A stretch of DNA of 64,000 nt from an uncultured Acidobacteriaceae bacterium (lineage in GTDB: Bacteria > Acidobacteriota > Terriglobia > Terriglobales > Acidobacteriaceae): the NCBI GenBank assembly GCA_963748555.1, contig CAVVJK010000005.1, positions 85,291-149,290 of the forward strand. The letters are read 5' to 3'. This document shows positions 17,008-28,710 of the stretch, piece after piece. The position numbers were made by a program, and so were the translations under genes. Within the stretch, counting starts at the first letter, position 1. Each line of letters starts with the position of its first letter. The notes under the pieces were generated by a model, which saw nothing but the letters and a program-made list of their open reading frames with translations, was not told the DNA's origin and ran no database searches.

Positions 17008-20000
17008 ATGGATTTCAGTAGGCGGGTGAGCTGTTTGTTGAGAATGAATCATTTACCAAAGAGGCGCTGGGAAGACCGCGTCAGTTTTCAAGGCATCGCA
17101 ATTCGGCTTCTCTTGTTCGCAGTGTGTCTGCCCGCCGCCGCGCAGGAGAGCACCCCTGCTACAGAGCAAGCACCCAAGACAACGCCGGCCCAGGAACGGG
17201 CTGCTCACCCCCCGCCTCCAGCATCCGAGGAGGCTCCCAAAACGGCGCCTCAGACGCAGCAGATTTTGTCGTCCTATGAGGGTCAGAACATCACGTCGAT
17301 CGAACTCGCCGGCCAGCCCAATCTCGATCAGCAGAAGTTCGCATCCGACTTTGCATTGCACGCAGGCGAGCCGTTTTCCAGGCAGAAGATCGACCAGACC
17401 ATCGCCGCCCTCAAGGCCCACGGCAACTTCAAAGAAGTTCAACTTCAAGTGCAGCCGGAGGCGAACGGTGTCCGGGTGCTGCTGGTCCTGGAGCCCGCTG
17501 TTTACTTCGGGATCTTCGGATTTCCGGGTGCGGATCGATTCGCCTTCTCCCGCCTGGTTCAGGTGGCCAATTTCCCCCCGACTTCTCCCTTCAACGCGGG
17601 CGAGATTCAGAGCGACAGGGATAACCTGCTCACCTTTTTCCGGCAGCAAGGCTATTTCCAGGCGGAGATTCGCCCCGAGGTGCAGTTCGACCAGGCACAC
17701 GCCATTGCAAACGTACTCTTTCACACTACGCTCGGCCGGCACGCAAAGTTCGGCGATGTGAAGATCGAGGGAACCACGCCGGAACAGGCGACCGCCCTCA
17801 CTGGGGATCTGCATGGCTCTTTTCGCACGCGCGCGAGGAGCAGCCATTCGGCCCGGCAAGACCTACCACCGCAACACGATAGATAAGGCGCAGACTTATC
17901 TTCAGTCCAGACTTGACAAGCAGTCCCGGCTGGCGGCGAAGGTCAAATTGCAAGGCGCCGAGTATCACGCCGACACTAACCGCGCCGACATCCATTTTGA
18001 TGTGAACGAGGGCCCGACCATCCATGTTCAGGTCAAGGGCGCTCATCTGTGGAGCTGGACGAAGAAGTCATTGCTGCCGGTCTATCAGGGCGTAGGCGTC
18101 GATCCTGAACTCGTGCAGGAAGGCCGTGATGCGATCGTGTCTTACTTTCAGGCCAAAGGCTACTTCGATACCAAAGTCGATGCCACCTTTCACACCGAAG
18201 AATCCGTCGATACGATCGTCTACAACATCACCAAAGGGAAGAAGCACAAGGTTGAAGCTGTAAGCGTAACCGGCAATACACACATCAAAACACCCGATGT
18301 CATGGGGCAGGTCAGGGTGGAAAAATCGCACCTCTTCTCGCCCGGAAAGTTTAGCGATCAGGTGGTGCGCTCCAGCGCCAAGAGCATCGCGGCCTTGTAT
18401 CAGTCCGAGGGATACAGCACCGTAAAAGTCACTCCCGCTGTGACGAATCGCGGCCAGAATATCCGCGTGTCGTTCACGATCGACGAGGGGCCGCAGGATG
18501 TCGTGAGCTCTCTGAAAATCGAAGGCGCAGACACCTTTCCCGCGTCGAGCTATGCGCCCGCTGGCCTCAAGCTCGCTGAAGGCAAAGCTTACTCGCAAAA
18601 GTTTGTTCAATCGGACCGCGCCAACATTGTGTCTCGCTACCTTGAAGCCGGATACCTGACCGCAAACTTTCGCGAAACTGCGAAGGCCGTCGCCAAAAAT
18701 GACCCCCATCATTTGAATGTTGTCTACCACATCTATGAAGGTCCGAAGGTATCGACAGGTTACGTGCTTACGCTCGGCCGCCAGCACACTCAGCAGCGGT
18801 TGATCAACGGAGACATCGACACCATCAAGGCAGAACAGCCCCTCACCGAAACGCAACTGCTCGCCTCGGAGAGCAAGCTGTACGAACATGCTGGTGTCTT
18901 TGACTGGGCCGAAGTGGATCCGCGCAGGCAGATCACCACGCAGACGCAGGAAGACGTATTGGTGAAGGTGCACGAGAGCAAGAAAAATCAGATTACCTAT
19001 GGCTTCGGCTTCGAGCTGATCAATCGCGGAGGCAGCGTGCCCAGCGGCACAGTAGCACTGCCTAACCTGCCCCCGGTAGGCCTTCCATCCAACTTCCGTA
19101 CGAGTCAAAAAACCTTCTACGGTCCGCGGGGCACGTTCCAGTACACGCGGAATAACGTGCGTGGTAAAGGAGAGACAATCTCGTTACCGGGTTTGCTGGC
19201 CGCCTGGATCAGCGGACAGCCGCCTACTACATCGACCCGGTCTTTCGCTGGACGCGTTGGTCCTCTACCACGACGGCTTCTTACGAACGCGATCAGGAGA
19301 ACCCGATCTTCTCCTCGCAGATCTTTCTCGGGAGCTACCAGCTGCAGCGATTTGTAGGAAACGGGAAAGTCAAACGTCTTCTTTCTTCGCTATGGCTACA
19401 GCAAGACGGATCTGACCCGAATCGAGATTCCCGCGCTCGTCGAAACGGTGGACCAGCACGTTCGACTCTCCACCATCTCTGCCAACTTCACCCGCGATAC
19501 ACGCGACAACGTACTCGACGAACACAAGGGCGTGCTGCAGAGCGCGGAGTTTGACCTCAGCTCGTCGAAGCTCGGCGGCAACGTGGATTTCGCGAAACTC
19601 ACGCTGCAGTCGGCCTACTACAAGCGCGTCTTCAGCAACACCATCTGGGCCAACAGTCTGCGCATCGGACTGGCTCAGCCCCTCGCCGGAAGCCGCGTTC
19701 CCCTGAGCGAGAGATACTTCACCGGCGGCGGCAATTCTCTCCGTGGCTTTCCGCTCGATGGTGCCGGGCCGCAGCGACAAGTCCCGGTGTGCAGCAGCGC
19801 AGCCGCCAATAACTGCACCTTTATCCAGGTTCCAAGCGGCGGCAATGAGTTGCTCATTTTCAATTCTGAACTGCGGATTCCGTTGCCCATTCGCAAAGGC
19901 CTCGGCGTGGTGGCGTTTTACGATGGAGGCAATGTCTTCCCCGCCGTAGGCTTCCACGACTTCACCTCGCTGTACTCCAACAACGTCGGCATAGGGTTGC

Positions 20001-20110
20001 GGTACGCAACTCCAGTAGGTCCGGTCCGCATCGACCTCGGCCGTAACCTCAACCCAGTCTCCGGCGTGAAGGCTACTCAATATTTCGTCAGTATCGGTCA
20101 AGCATTCTGA
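17008..20110 (+). pseudogene. Omp85-family outer-membrane assembly protein (BamA/TamA-like, POTRA repeats plus beta-barrel); frame broken near 17815, 19185 and 19375
   Basis: Three track ORFs (17008..17886, 17813..19357, 19448..20110) plus a short frame-1 segment (TGFAGRLDQRTAAYYIDPVFRWTRWSSTTTASYERDQENPIF...) join into about 1030 aa. The product has POTRA-like units (ITSIELAGQPNLDQQKF..., KVEAVSVTGNTHIKTPDV...) and the surface-antigen barrel end (RYFTGGGNSLRGF...GVVAFYDGGNVF...GIGLRYATPVGPVRIDLG). After the signal peptide there is a Pro/Ala-rich spacer. Confidence 0.8.
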
Positions 20111-20123
20111 GGCGAGGGTCCCC

Positions 20124-23100
20124 ATGAGCAGTCTTAGATCACAATTCCCAGAGTTTCACCCCGAGCCGGTACCTCCGGTACAGCATCGCCGCCGTTGGCC
20201 CAAAGTCGTGGCTTGGATCTCGGCCGGCTTGCTGCTTCTGATTGTGCTCATTGTCGGCTCCCTGTTCGCCGTGCTGCACTCCGCCCGCTTTCACAACTAC
20301 CTGCTGGCCAAGGTGCAACATGATGCGACAGAGAGCCTCGGCGCTCAAGTGCAGTTACAGAACTTTGCACTGAATCTGTCGAACCTCACACTGGACCTCT
20401 ACGGCGTCACCGTCCACGGCGCGGCTCCTTACCCCGATCCACCGTTGTTGCAGGTACAGCACCTCCACGCCGGCATTCGCATCGTCTCGTCTGCTCAGCA
20501 GGAAGTGGTACATGGACACTGTGCAGATTGACCATCCGGTCGTATACCTCTTCACCGATGCCAATGGAGTCAGCAATATTCCCAAGCCGAAGAGCAGCGG
20601 CGGCAACAGCAACACCAGCATCTTCGACCTGGGGATTCGTCACGCCATCCTCTCTAACGGAGAGGCTTACTACAACAACAAGCAAAGCGTGCTCGATGCC
20701 GATCTGCACGACCTCGAGTTTCGCGCGGGCTTTGATCCCACGCTCAAGCAATACTCCGGGAAGGTCAGTTATAGCGATGGCCACCTGACCTCTGGTACGC
20801 TTCGCACCTTTGGGCACAGCCTGGATGCGACATTCAGCGCGACGCCGACCACTTTCCAACTCACCAACGCAAAGCTAAGCAGTGGACAATCCCAGGTCCT
20901 GTTGAATGCCACGCTGCAGAACTACGGCAATCCTCAAGTCCAGGCCCAATATGAAGCGGTCGTCAACGGTGCCGACATTCGGTCTATCCTGAACAACACT
21001 TCCGTTCCTACAGGAATTCTTCGCGCGAGCGGAACCGCGCAGTACGCCGCAATTCCCAACCGTCCTCTGCTTGACACACTTTCTGTCAACGGCAACCTGA
21101 CCAGTCAGCAAGTCGACGTGACGACCCCATCGCTGCGCACGCAGATTCGCGACGTCGCCGCCCAATATTCGCTTGCCAATGGCAATGCCAACGTGTCGTC
21201 CTTCCGCGCCATGCTGCTCGGTGGGGAACTGAAGGGTAGCGCGAAGATGACCGCGCTCAGCGGTGATACGCACTCGCAAGTTGAGGCGACGCTGCATGGC
21301 GTTTCGCTCGCAGCCGCACGGAGCATGATGCATAGTGCCGCCTTGCCGCGCGATGTAAGTGTAGCGGGCGGGCTCAACGCCGATGTAACCGCGACCTGGG
21401 GTAAGACGCTGGACAACCTGGTCGCCCACGCGAATGCTGCGATCGATGGACGTGTCTCCGGCAGATAGCGCAAACGGAACCGGCGGCACCGTCATCCCTG
21501 TGCATAGTGCGATTCACGCGGCCTATACCGGCTCCAATCAGCAGATTGCTCTGAGCCAGAGTTACGTTCGCATGCCGCAAAGTACGCTCGATATGAACGG
21601 CGTGATGAGTAAGCGATCCAGTCTCGCTCTCCGTTTCCATTCAAACGATCTGCATGAGCTCGAGACGGTGGCCTCTCTGTTCCGCGCGGCCAATCCTGGC
21701 ACACCGCCGCAACCGCTCGACCTGGCAGGGACGGCGTCCTTCGATGGTCTGGTACAGGGCTCTACCACGGCGCCGCACCTCACCGGCAAACTCGTTGCCT
21801 CAGACCTTCGCGTCCATGGAACCAATTGGCGCTCTCTCCAGACGAATGTGGACGTAAGTCCCTCGCTCGCCAGCCTGCAGAATGCTCGCCTGCAACCGGC
21901 CACGCAGGGAAACATCGCCTTCAACGCAAGCGCCGGATTAACTAAGTGGGCCTTCAAAGACACCAGCCCTATTCAAATTGACCTGAATGCTTCGCAGTTG
22001 AATATCGCCGATTTCCTGAAAGCCGCTGGATCTCAGGCTGCGGTCAGCGGCACGCTCTCAGCCAATGTGAAGATGCATGGTACGGAACTGCACCCCGTCG
22101 GACAAGGCAACGTCTCGCTCGCGCACAGCGTGGTCTATGAAGAGCCAATTCGATCTGTGCAGGTTGACTTTTCCGGTACCGGCGATGAAGTTCACGGAAA
22201 TCTCGCAATCGCCATGCCTGCTGGAAACGTGCAGGGCGTCGTGAGCGTTCGTCCACAGGCGAGAGCCTACACGGCGCAACTCACCGGTAACGGCATCGAC
22301 ATCTCGAAGCTGCAAACGGTTAAAGCAAAGAACCTGGCGGCAACCGGCATCGTCAACATTCACGCGACCGGGCAGGGAACGTTCGACAATCCACAGCTCG
22401 ATGCCTCGGTGCAGGTCCCTCAGCTCGAGATTCAAAAGCAAGTGATCCAGCAGCTGGATCTCCAGATGAACGTAGCCAATCATGTTGCAAATGCGAACCT
22501 GTCTGCCAATGCAGTGAATACCTCGATTCGGGGCAAAGCCAATGTCCATCTCACCGGGGACTACCTGGCGGATGCCACCATCGATACGCAACAGATACCG
22601 TTACAGCCGCTGGTCGCCATCTATGCACCGGCGCAAGCTGCCGACCTGAGCGGGACCGACGGAGATCCATGGCACGCTGCATGGTCCGCTGAAAAACAAG
22701 AACCAGCTTGAAGCGCATGTTCGCATTCCCATGCTCAAGCTTGCCTATGGCTCTGCCGTTCAACTTGCCGCCGCTTCTCCCATACAAGTGGATTACAAGG
22801 ATGGAGTGGTCGCGCTGCAACGAGGCGTGATTCGTGGAACGGATACCGACCTGCAGTTTCAGGGCTCGATCCCGACCGTGGGGAACGCACCCATGTCTCT
22901 GCTTCTGATCGGAACCGTCAACCTGCATCTGGCGCAGTTACTAAGCCCGGATCTGCAGACGTCCGGACAACTCAAGTTCAACATCAATTCGTATGGAGCT
23001 ACGCACGATCCCAACGTTGAAGGTCAGATTCAAATTGTCGATGCCAACTTCGCCAACGGTGACCTGCCAGTGGGTCTGCAGCATGGCAACGGTGTGCTCA

Positions 23101-24158
23101 CGCTGACCAAGGATCGGCTGAACATCACCAGTTTCCAGGGAACCGTGGGCGGTGGCACCGTGACCGCGCAGGGTGGGGTAGCCTACAGGCCGAATATGCA
23201 ATTTGATCTGGGGCTCTCCGCGAAAGACATTCGCCTGCTCTATCCGCAGGGTGTCCGCGAAGGTATCAACGCAGATCTGAGACTGTCGGGAACAACCGAG
23301 AACGCGCTGCTTGGCGGCGCAGTCAACCTCGCGGACGTCTCCTTCACGCCCGCGTTCGACCTTACAAGTTTCATCAACCAGTTCAGCGGAGGCGTTGCAG
23401 CGCCACCCTCGCAAGGCATGGCTCAAAACGTACAGCTGAACCTGTCGGTGCATTCCGCAAATAACATCAACCTGGTCAGTCGGACGGTAAGCGTCAACGG
23501 CACGGCAAACCTTCAGGTTCGAGGCACGGCGGCTCAACCAGTCATCCTGGGCAGGGTCAACCTCGATGGCGGCGACCTCATCTTCAACGGCGACCGCTTC
23601 GTCCTGAACGGCGGTACGATCCAGTTCGTCAATCCAGCCGAGACGCAGCCGGTCGTCAATCTCGCTCTGAACACCACCATTCAGCAATACAACATCTATA
23701 TGCGATTCAACGGGCCGATGGATCAGTTACACACCGACTACGCATCGGATCCTTCGCTGCCCGCGGCCGATATCATCAATCTGCTCGCCTTCGGCAAGAC
23801 GACGGAGGCGAACTCCCCGGATGCCGCCACTCCGGCCAATCAAGCCGCGGAATCGCTCGTAGCCTCTCAGGTAAGCAGCCAGGTGACGAGCCGCGTTTCC
23901 AAGGTCGCAGGCATCTCTCAGCTCTCCATCAACCCGGTGCTGGCGGGCGGCACCAGTCAAGGACCTCCGGGAGCGAACGTCACCATCCAGCAGCGAGTCA
24001 CTGGAAACCTGTTCGTCACGTTTTCGTCGAATGTGGCTTCGACCCAGAACCAGACCATCATGGGCCAGTACCAGATATCGCCGCGCGTTTCCGTCAGCGC
24101 GACTCGTGACCAGAACGGTGGGTTCGCGCTCGACACGACGATCAAGAAGACCTGGTAG
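20124..24158 (+). pseudogene. tamB: TamB-like translocation and assembly module protein (DUF490 C-terminus); frame broken near 20495, 21460 and 22655
   Basis: Four consecutive ORFs (20124..20531, 20512..21468, 21434..22711, 22731..24158) read through if one base is removed at each junction. It has an N-terminal TM anchor (VVAWISAGLLLLIVLIVGSLFAV), a long beta-rich body, and a DUF490-like C-terminus (INLLAFGKTT...NVTIQQRVTGNLFVTFSSNV...YQISPRVSVSATRDQNGGFALDTTIKKTW). Confidence 0.8.
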
Positions 24159-24433
24159 ACATCGGTCTTAAGGACGGCTTCGCCGCAGTGGGCGGCATTC
24201 TCGTGCGATTCGGCCGACCGTCCTCATCGGAACCATTGCTGCCGATTTCGAGATGGATGAGATCCTCTGCGAACTGCGGCATCACTCCGCCTGCTTGAAC
24301 TGCGGATCGCTCGATCATCTCAAGTGCTCGTGTTCCCCACAGTCCGCCATTCCGCTCCTCGCCCCGATTTCTCTTACAATCAGAAAGTGGCAAGGATCCA
24401 ATCCAGCGGATGCTCCAATCTTCCAAACAATTT

Positions 24434-26570
24434 ATGCTGAAACTTATGAGCGCTTTCATTCTTGCTGGTGCAATTGCAACGGGTACCAGCCCCGCGCCTG
24501 CCGAAACGAACTTCGGTCCGTCCAATCCCTTCTACGCACCCAGCAGCCTGCCCTTTCAGGCGCCGCCTTTCGACAAGATCAAGGACGAGGATTATCAGCC
24601 CGCCATTGAGGCAGGCATGGCCGAGCAGCAAAGGGAAATGCAAGCGATCGCCGACGATCCCGAGGCGCCCACATTTCAGAACACTCTCGTCGCGATGGAA
24701 CGATCGGGGAGGCTCTATCGCCGAGCGATGGCGGCCTTCAACGCAGTCACCGGCGCGGATACCAATCCCATGTTGCAGAAGGTTAAGGCCGAAGAGGCAC
24801 CCAAACTTGCAGCGCACGACGACGCCATTTACCTCAACCCCAAGCTCTTCGCCCGCGTGAAAGCGGTCTATGAACAGCGGGCCTCTCTGAAGCTTGATCC
24901 GGAATCGATGCGCCTGCTTGAAGTCACCTATGACCGTTTCGTGCATTCCGGCGCAAATCTGTCCGACACGGATAAAGCCGAGTTGAAGAAGCTTAACGAG
25001 GAGTCCTCTACCCTCTCCAATACCTTCACCACTCGTCTGCTCGCCGCAACCAAAGACGCAGCATTCACCACGAGCGATCGCGCCGCCCTAGCCGGCTTAA
25101 GCGATGCGCAGATCGCGGCAGCTGCTCAGGCGGCTAAGAGTCGCAAACTGGAAGGCTTTGTGCTGCCGCTGCAGAATACTACCCAGCAGCCGGAACTCGC
25201 CTCGCTCCAAGACCGTTCCACTCGCAAGACCATCTTCGACCAATCGTGGAATCGCGCGGAACGCGGCGATGCCAACGACACTCGCGACATCATCGCTCGG
25301 CTGGCTCAGTTGCGTGCGCGCCGGGCGCAGTTACTCGGCTATTCCAGTCACGCCGCCTGGAAGCTTGAAGACCAGATGGCCAAGACTCCTGAGGCCGCGT
25401 TGAAGTTCATGGACGCTCTCGTGCCCGTCGCCACGGCCAAAGCGGCCCGCGAAGGCCACGATATCCAGAATCTCATCGACGCGCAGAAGGGCGGCTTCAC
25501 GCTCGAACCATGGGATTGGGACTTCTACTCCGAACAGGTCCGCAAGGCCAGGTACGAGCTTGAGGAGGCAGAGGTCAAGCCGTATTTCGAACTGAACAAT
25601 GTGCTCGAGAACGGCGTCTTCTACGCAGCCCATCAGCTTTACGGCATCAGCTTCAAGGAGCGGAAGGACATCCCGGTCTATCATCCCGATGTCCGCGTGT
25701 TTGAAGTGAGCGACGTTGACGGTAAGGCGATGGCGCTCTTCTACTGTGACTATTTCAAGCGCGACAACAAGAACGGCGGCGCGTGGATGTCCAGCTTCGT
25801 TGGACAGTCAAAGCTCCTGGGAACGCAGCCCGTTATCTACAACGTAGCCAATCTGCCCAAGCCCCCCGCTGGGGAACCCGCACTGATCAGCTTCACTGAC
25901 GTCATCACCATGTTCCACGAATTCGGTCACGCACTCCACGGATTGTTTGCCGACTCCGAGTACCCCAGTTTGTCCGGCACGTCGACCGCGCGCGACTTTG
26001 TGGAGTTCCCCTCGCAGTTCAATGAACACTGGGCCATCTATCCCAGCGTCTTCAATCACTACGCCCGCCACTACAAGACGGGAGCCGCCATGCCCGCCGA
26101 ATTGGCCGCCAAGATCAAGAAGGCAGAAACCTTCAACGAAGGTTACAAACTCACGGAGCTACTTGCGGCCGCGGAGCTCGACATGCAGTGGCATACTTTG
26201 CCGGCGAGCGCGCCTTTGCAACATCCGGATGAGTTTGAAAAGCAGGCACTCGAGAAGACCCATCTGCTGCTTTCCACGGTGCCGCCTCGCTATCGCTCCA
26301 GCTTACTTCAGCCATATCTGGGGCGGCGGTTACTCCGCCGGCTACTATGCCTATCTCTGGACCGAGATGCTGGACGACGATGCGTACCAGTGGTTTGAAG
26401 ATCATGGCGGGCTGACTCGCGCGAACGGGGATCGTTTCCGGCAGATGATCCTTTCTCGCGGGAATACCGAAGATCTCGCCGAACTGTATACGAAGTGGAG
26501 AGGCAAAGCTCCGAGCGTTGACTCTATGATGAAATACCGTGACCTGAAAGATCCTGGCACCACGCACTAG
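24434..26570 (+). CDS. dcp: Peptidyl-dipeptidase Dcp (M3 family); frame broken near 26300
   Basis: Signal peptide, then an M3 body including the zinc site TMFHEFGHALHGLF. The C-terminal ...SYFSHIWGGGYSAGYYAYLWTEMLDDDAYQWF continues in the frame of ORF 25947..26570. Confidence 0.85.
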
Positions 26571-26599
26571 AACATCGGAGATGGGATAAGGGTGATTCG

Positions 26600-27631
26600 A
26601 TGAAAGCGCTCGTTCTTTCCGAATACAAGCAACTTGACCTGGTCGAGATGGAGAGACCTCGCCCCGCCGAAGATGAATTGCTCATTCGCATTCAGGCCTG
26701 CGGCATCTGCGGCAGCGATGTCCACGGCTATGACGGCAGCACCGGGCGTCGCTTGCCGCCCCTGGTGATGGGCCACGAAGCCGCTGGTATTGTCGAAGAA
26801 GTGGGCGCCGCGATTCAGGGCTTTCGCCCCGGGGACCGGGTCACCTTCGACTCGACGGTCTCCTGCGGCACTTGCAGCTTTTGCCAGCAAGGGCAGGTGA
26901 ACCTCTGCGACCGGCGAGAAGTGATAGGGGTCTCCACGCCTGATTTCCGCCGTATGGGAGCCTTTGCCGAATACGTCACTGTGCCTGCACGTATAGCATA
27001 CCCCCTGCCAGACAACATGCCGTTTTCCCACGCGGCGCTCATCGAGGCAGTCTCGGTTGCTGTCCACGCCGTATCGCTTACTCCTATCTCGCTGGATGAC
27101 ACCGTGATCGTCATCGGCGCAGGTATGATCGGCCTGCTTACGCTTCAGGCTGCGTCTTTCTCCGGGGCGGGTCGCGTGTTTGTCTCGATGTGGATGACAC
27201 CCGGCTCGAACTCGCACGCAGGCTGGGTGCGACTCGCACCTTCAACTCGCGCGACCAGAGCGCGATGGCCGATTTGCTGCAGCAGACAAATGGGCGTGGA
27301 GCAGATTCGGTAGTGGAATGTGTGGGCACCGCGGTCGACCGTGAATCTCGCCATCGACTCCGTACGCAAGGGCGGAACTGTGACCCTGGTAGGTAACGTT
27401 TCGCCAAGAGTAGAGATCGGCCTGCAGTCGGTCGTTTCTCGGCAGATCCGATTGCAGGGTTCCTGCGCGTCCTCGGGCGAATATCCCGTGTGTATTTCGC
27501 TCATGGCTCGCGGAGCGATTCGGGTCGACTCGCTGATTTCTGCCGTAGCCCCGTTGAACGACGGCGCTGCCTGGTTCGAACGCCTCTATAACCATGAGCC
27601 CGGGCTGCTCAAAGTCGTCCTTCAACCCTAG
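26600..27631 (+). CDS. Zn-dependent medium-chain alcohol/polyol dehydrogenase (sorbitol / L-idonate 5-dehydrogenase-like); frame broken near 27185 and 27335
   Basis: GICGSDVHGY, MGHEAAGIV and CGTCSFCQQGQVNLC (structural Zn) are followed by VIGAGMIGLL. The middle segment (DDTRLELARRLGATRTFNS...ADSVVECVGTA) lies in frame 1 (ORF 27190..27396) and the tail in ORF 27320..27631. Confidence 0.8.
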
Positions 27632-27641
27632 AAAGTTAACT

Positions 27642-28409
27642 ATGTCGAATGCGCTCTTCGATCTGACCGGTAGGATCGCGCTGGTGACTGGAACCAGTCG
27701 CGGCCTCGGCCAATATTTCGCCCGCGCCCTTGCCCGCGCCGGAGCGGACATAGCCATGACCAGCCGTGATCGCCACACGCTGACTTCGTTCGCGGACGAG
27801 ATACACCAGTTAGGCCGGAAGTCTTACTCCGTCGACCTCGACGTGCGTGACCACGCTAGTATTCAAGACGCAATCAGCGAGATCGAGTCGAGCTTCGGCG
27901 CGATCGACATCCTGGTGAACAATGCCGGCTGTAACATTCGCAAGCCCGCACTCGACATAACCTGGCACGACTGGAATACTGTGCTTGACACCAATTTGCG
28001 CGGCTCATTCTTCGTTGCTCAAGCTGTGGCGCGCGGCATGGTGCAACGCGGCTACGGCCGGATCATCAACATTGGTTCCGTCACCAGCGTCTCTGGATAT
28101 GCGGGCCTCGCTCCCTACGGCGCAAGTCGCGGAGGCGTACGCCAACTCACCATGAGCCTGGCCGCCGATTGGGGCAGCCGCGGAGTCACGGTCAACTGTC
28201 TTGCCCCTGGCTGGTTTCGCACCAAGCAAAATGAAGTGCTCTATGAGAATTCGGAATGGGTGGAATATCTCACCGAGCGCATCCCGCTCAAGCGCCCCGG
28301 CAGCCCCAATGACCTCGATGGAGCCGTCGTCTTTCTGGCCTCCGAGTCCAGCCGTTACGTCACCGGACAGACCCTTCTCGTCGATGGCGGCATCTCGACC
28401 GGAGCTTGA
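27642..28409 (+). CDS. SDR-family oxidoreductase (gluconate 5-dehydrogenase / IdnO / KduD-like)
   Basis: LTGRIALVTGTSRGLGQ, ILVNNAG, YGASRGGV and the tail YVTGQTLLVDGG. Intact. Confidence 0.85.
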   Translation: MSNALFDLTGRIALVTGTSRGLGQYFARALARAGADIAMTSRDRHTLTSFADEIHQLGRKSYSVDLDVRDHASIQDAISEIESSFGAIDILVNNAGCNIRKPALDITWHDWNTVLDTNLRGSFFVAQAVARGMVQRGYGRIINIGSVTSVSGYAGLAPYGASRGGVRQLTMSLAADWGSRGVTVNCLAPGWFRTKQNEVLYENSEWVEYLTERIPLKRPGSPNDLDGAVVFLASESSRYVTGQTLLVDGGISTGA

Positions 28410-28710
28410 AGGCCACTCCTTAATTGGGTTAGCATTCGGGCGCTCGACGAAATCTTCACTTCGCGACCGCTTGCCCCTGCCAAATGCCGTCAACGCGCCG
28501 GAAAGTGCCTTCGAGTGCTTCGAATCCTGCCTGAGGTGACACGGGTCACTGGCAGGGAAGTCGACTCCTGCGAGCATATTTCCGTGCCTTCTACTCGGGA
28601 GTCGTTTGTTGTTCGTTGCCACTCAAGTCTGACATGCCGAATCACAACCAAGCCGCTCCCGGCCAATGCATCGAAGGCGCCCGTAAAGCGTCCGGCTCTC
28701 TGCGGCCTTC

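Noticed and set aside
18068-19108. 346-aa minus-strand ORF. Similar long antisense ORFs occur at 5788..6684, 32337..33251, 48532..49449, 50819..51748, 52668..53771, 54616..55752 and 45036..46184.
   Set aside because: Each lies opposite, or out of frame with, a gene carrying strong family motifs. All have the Arg/Gly/Ala/Val-rich composition typical of non-coding frames in GC-rich DNA, and none shows a recognisable motif.
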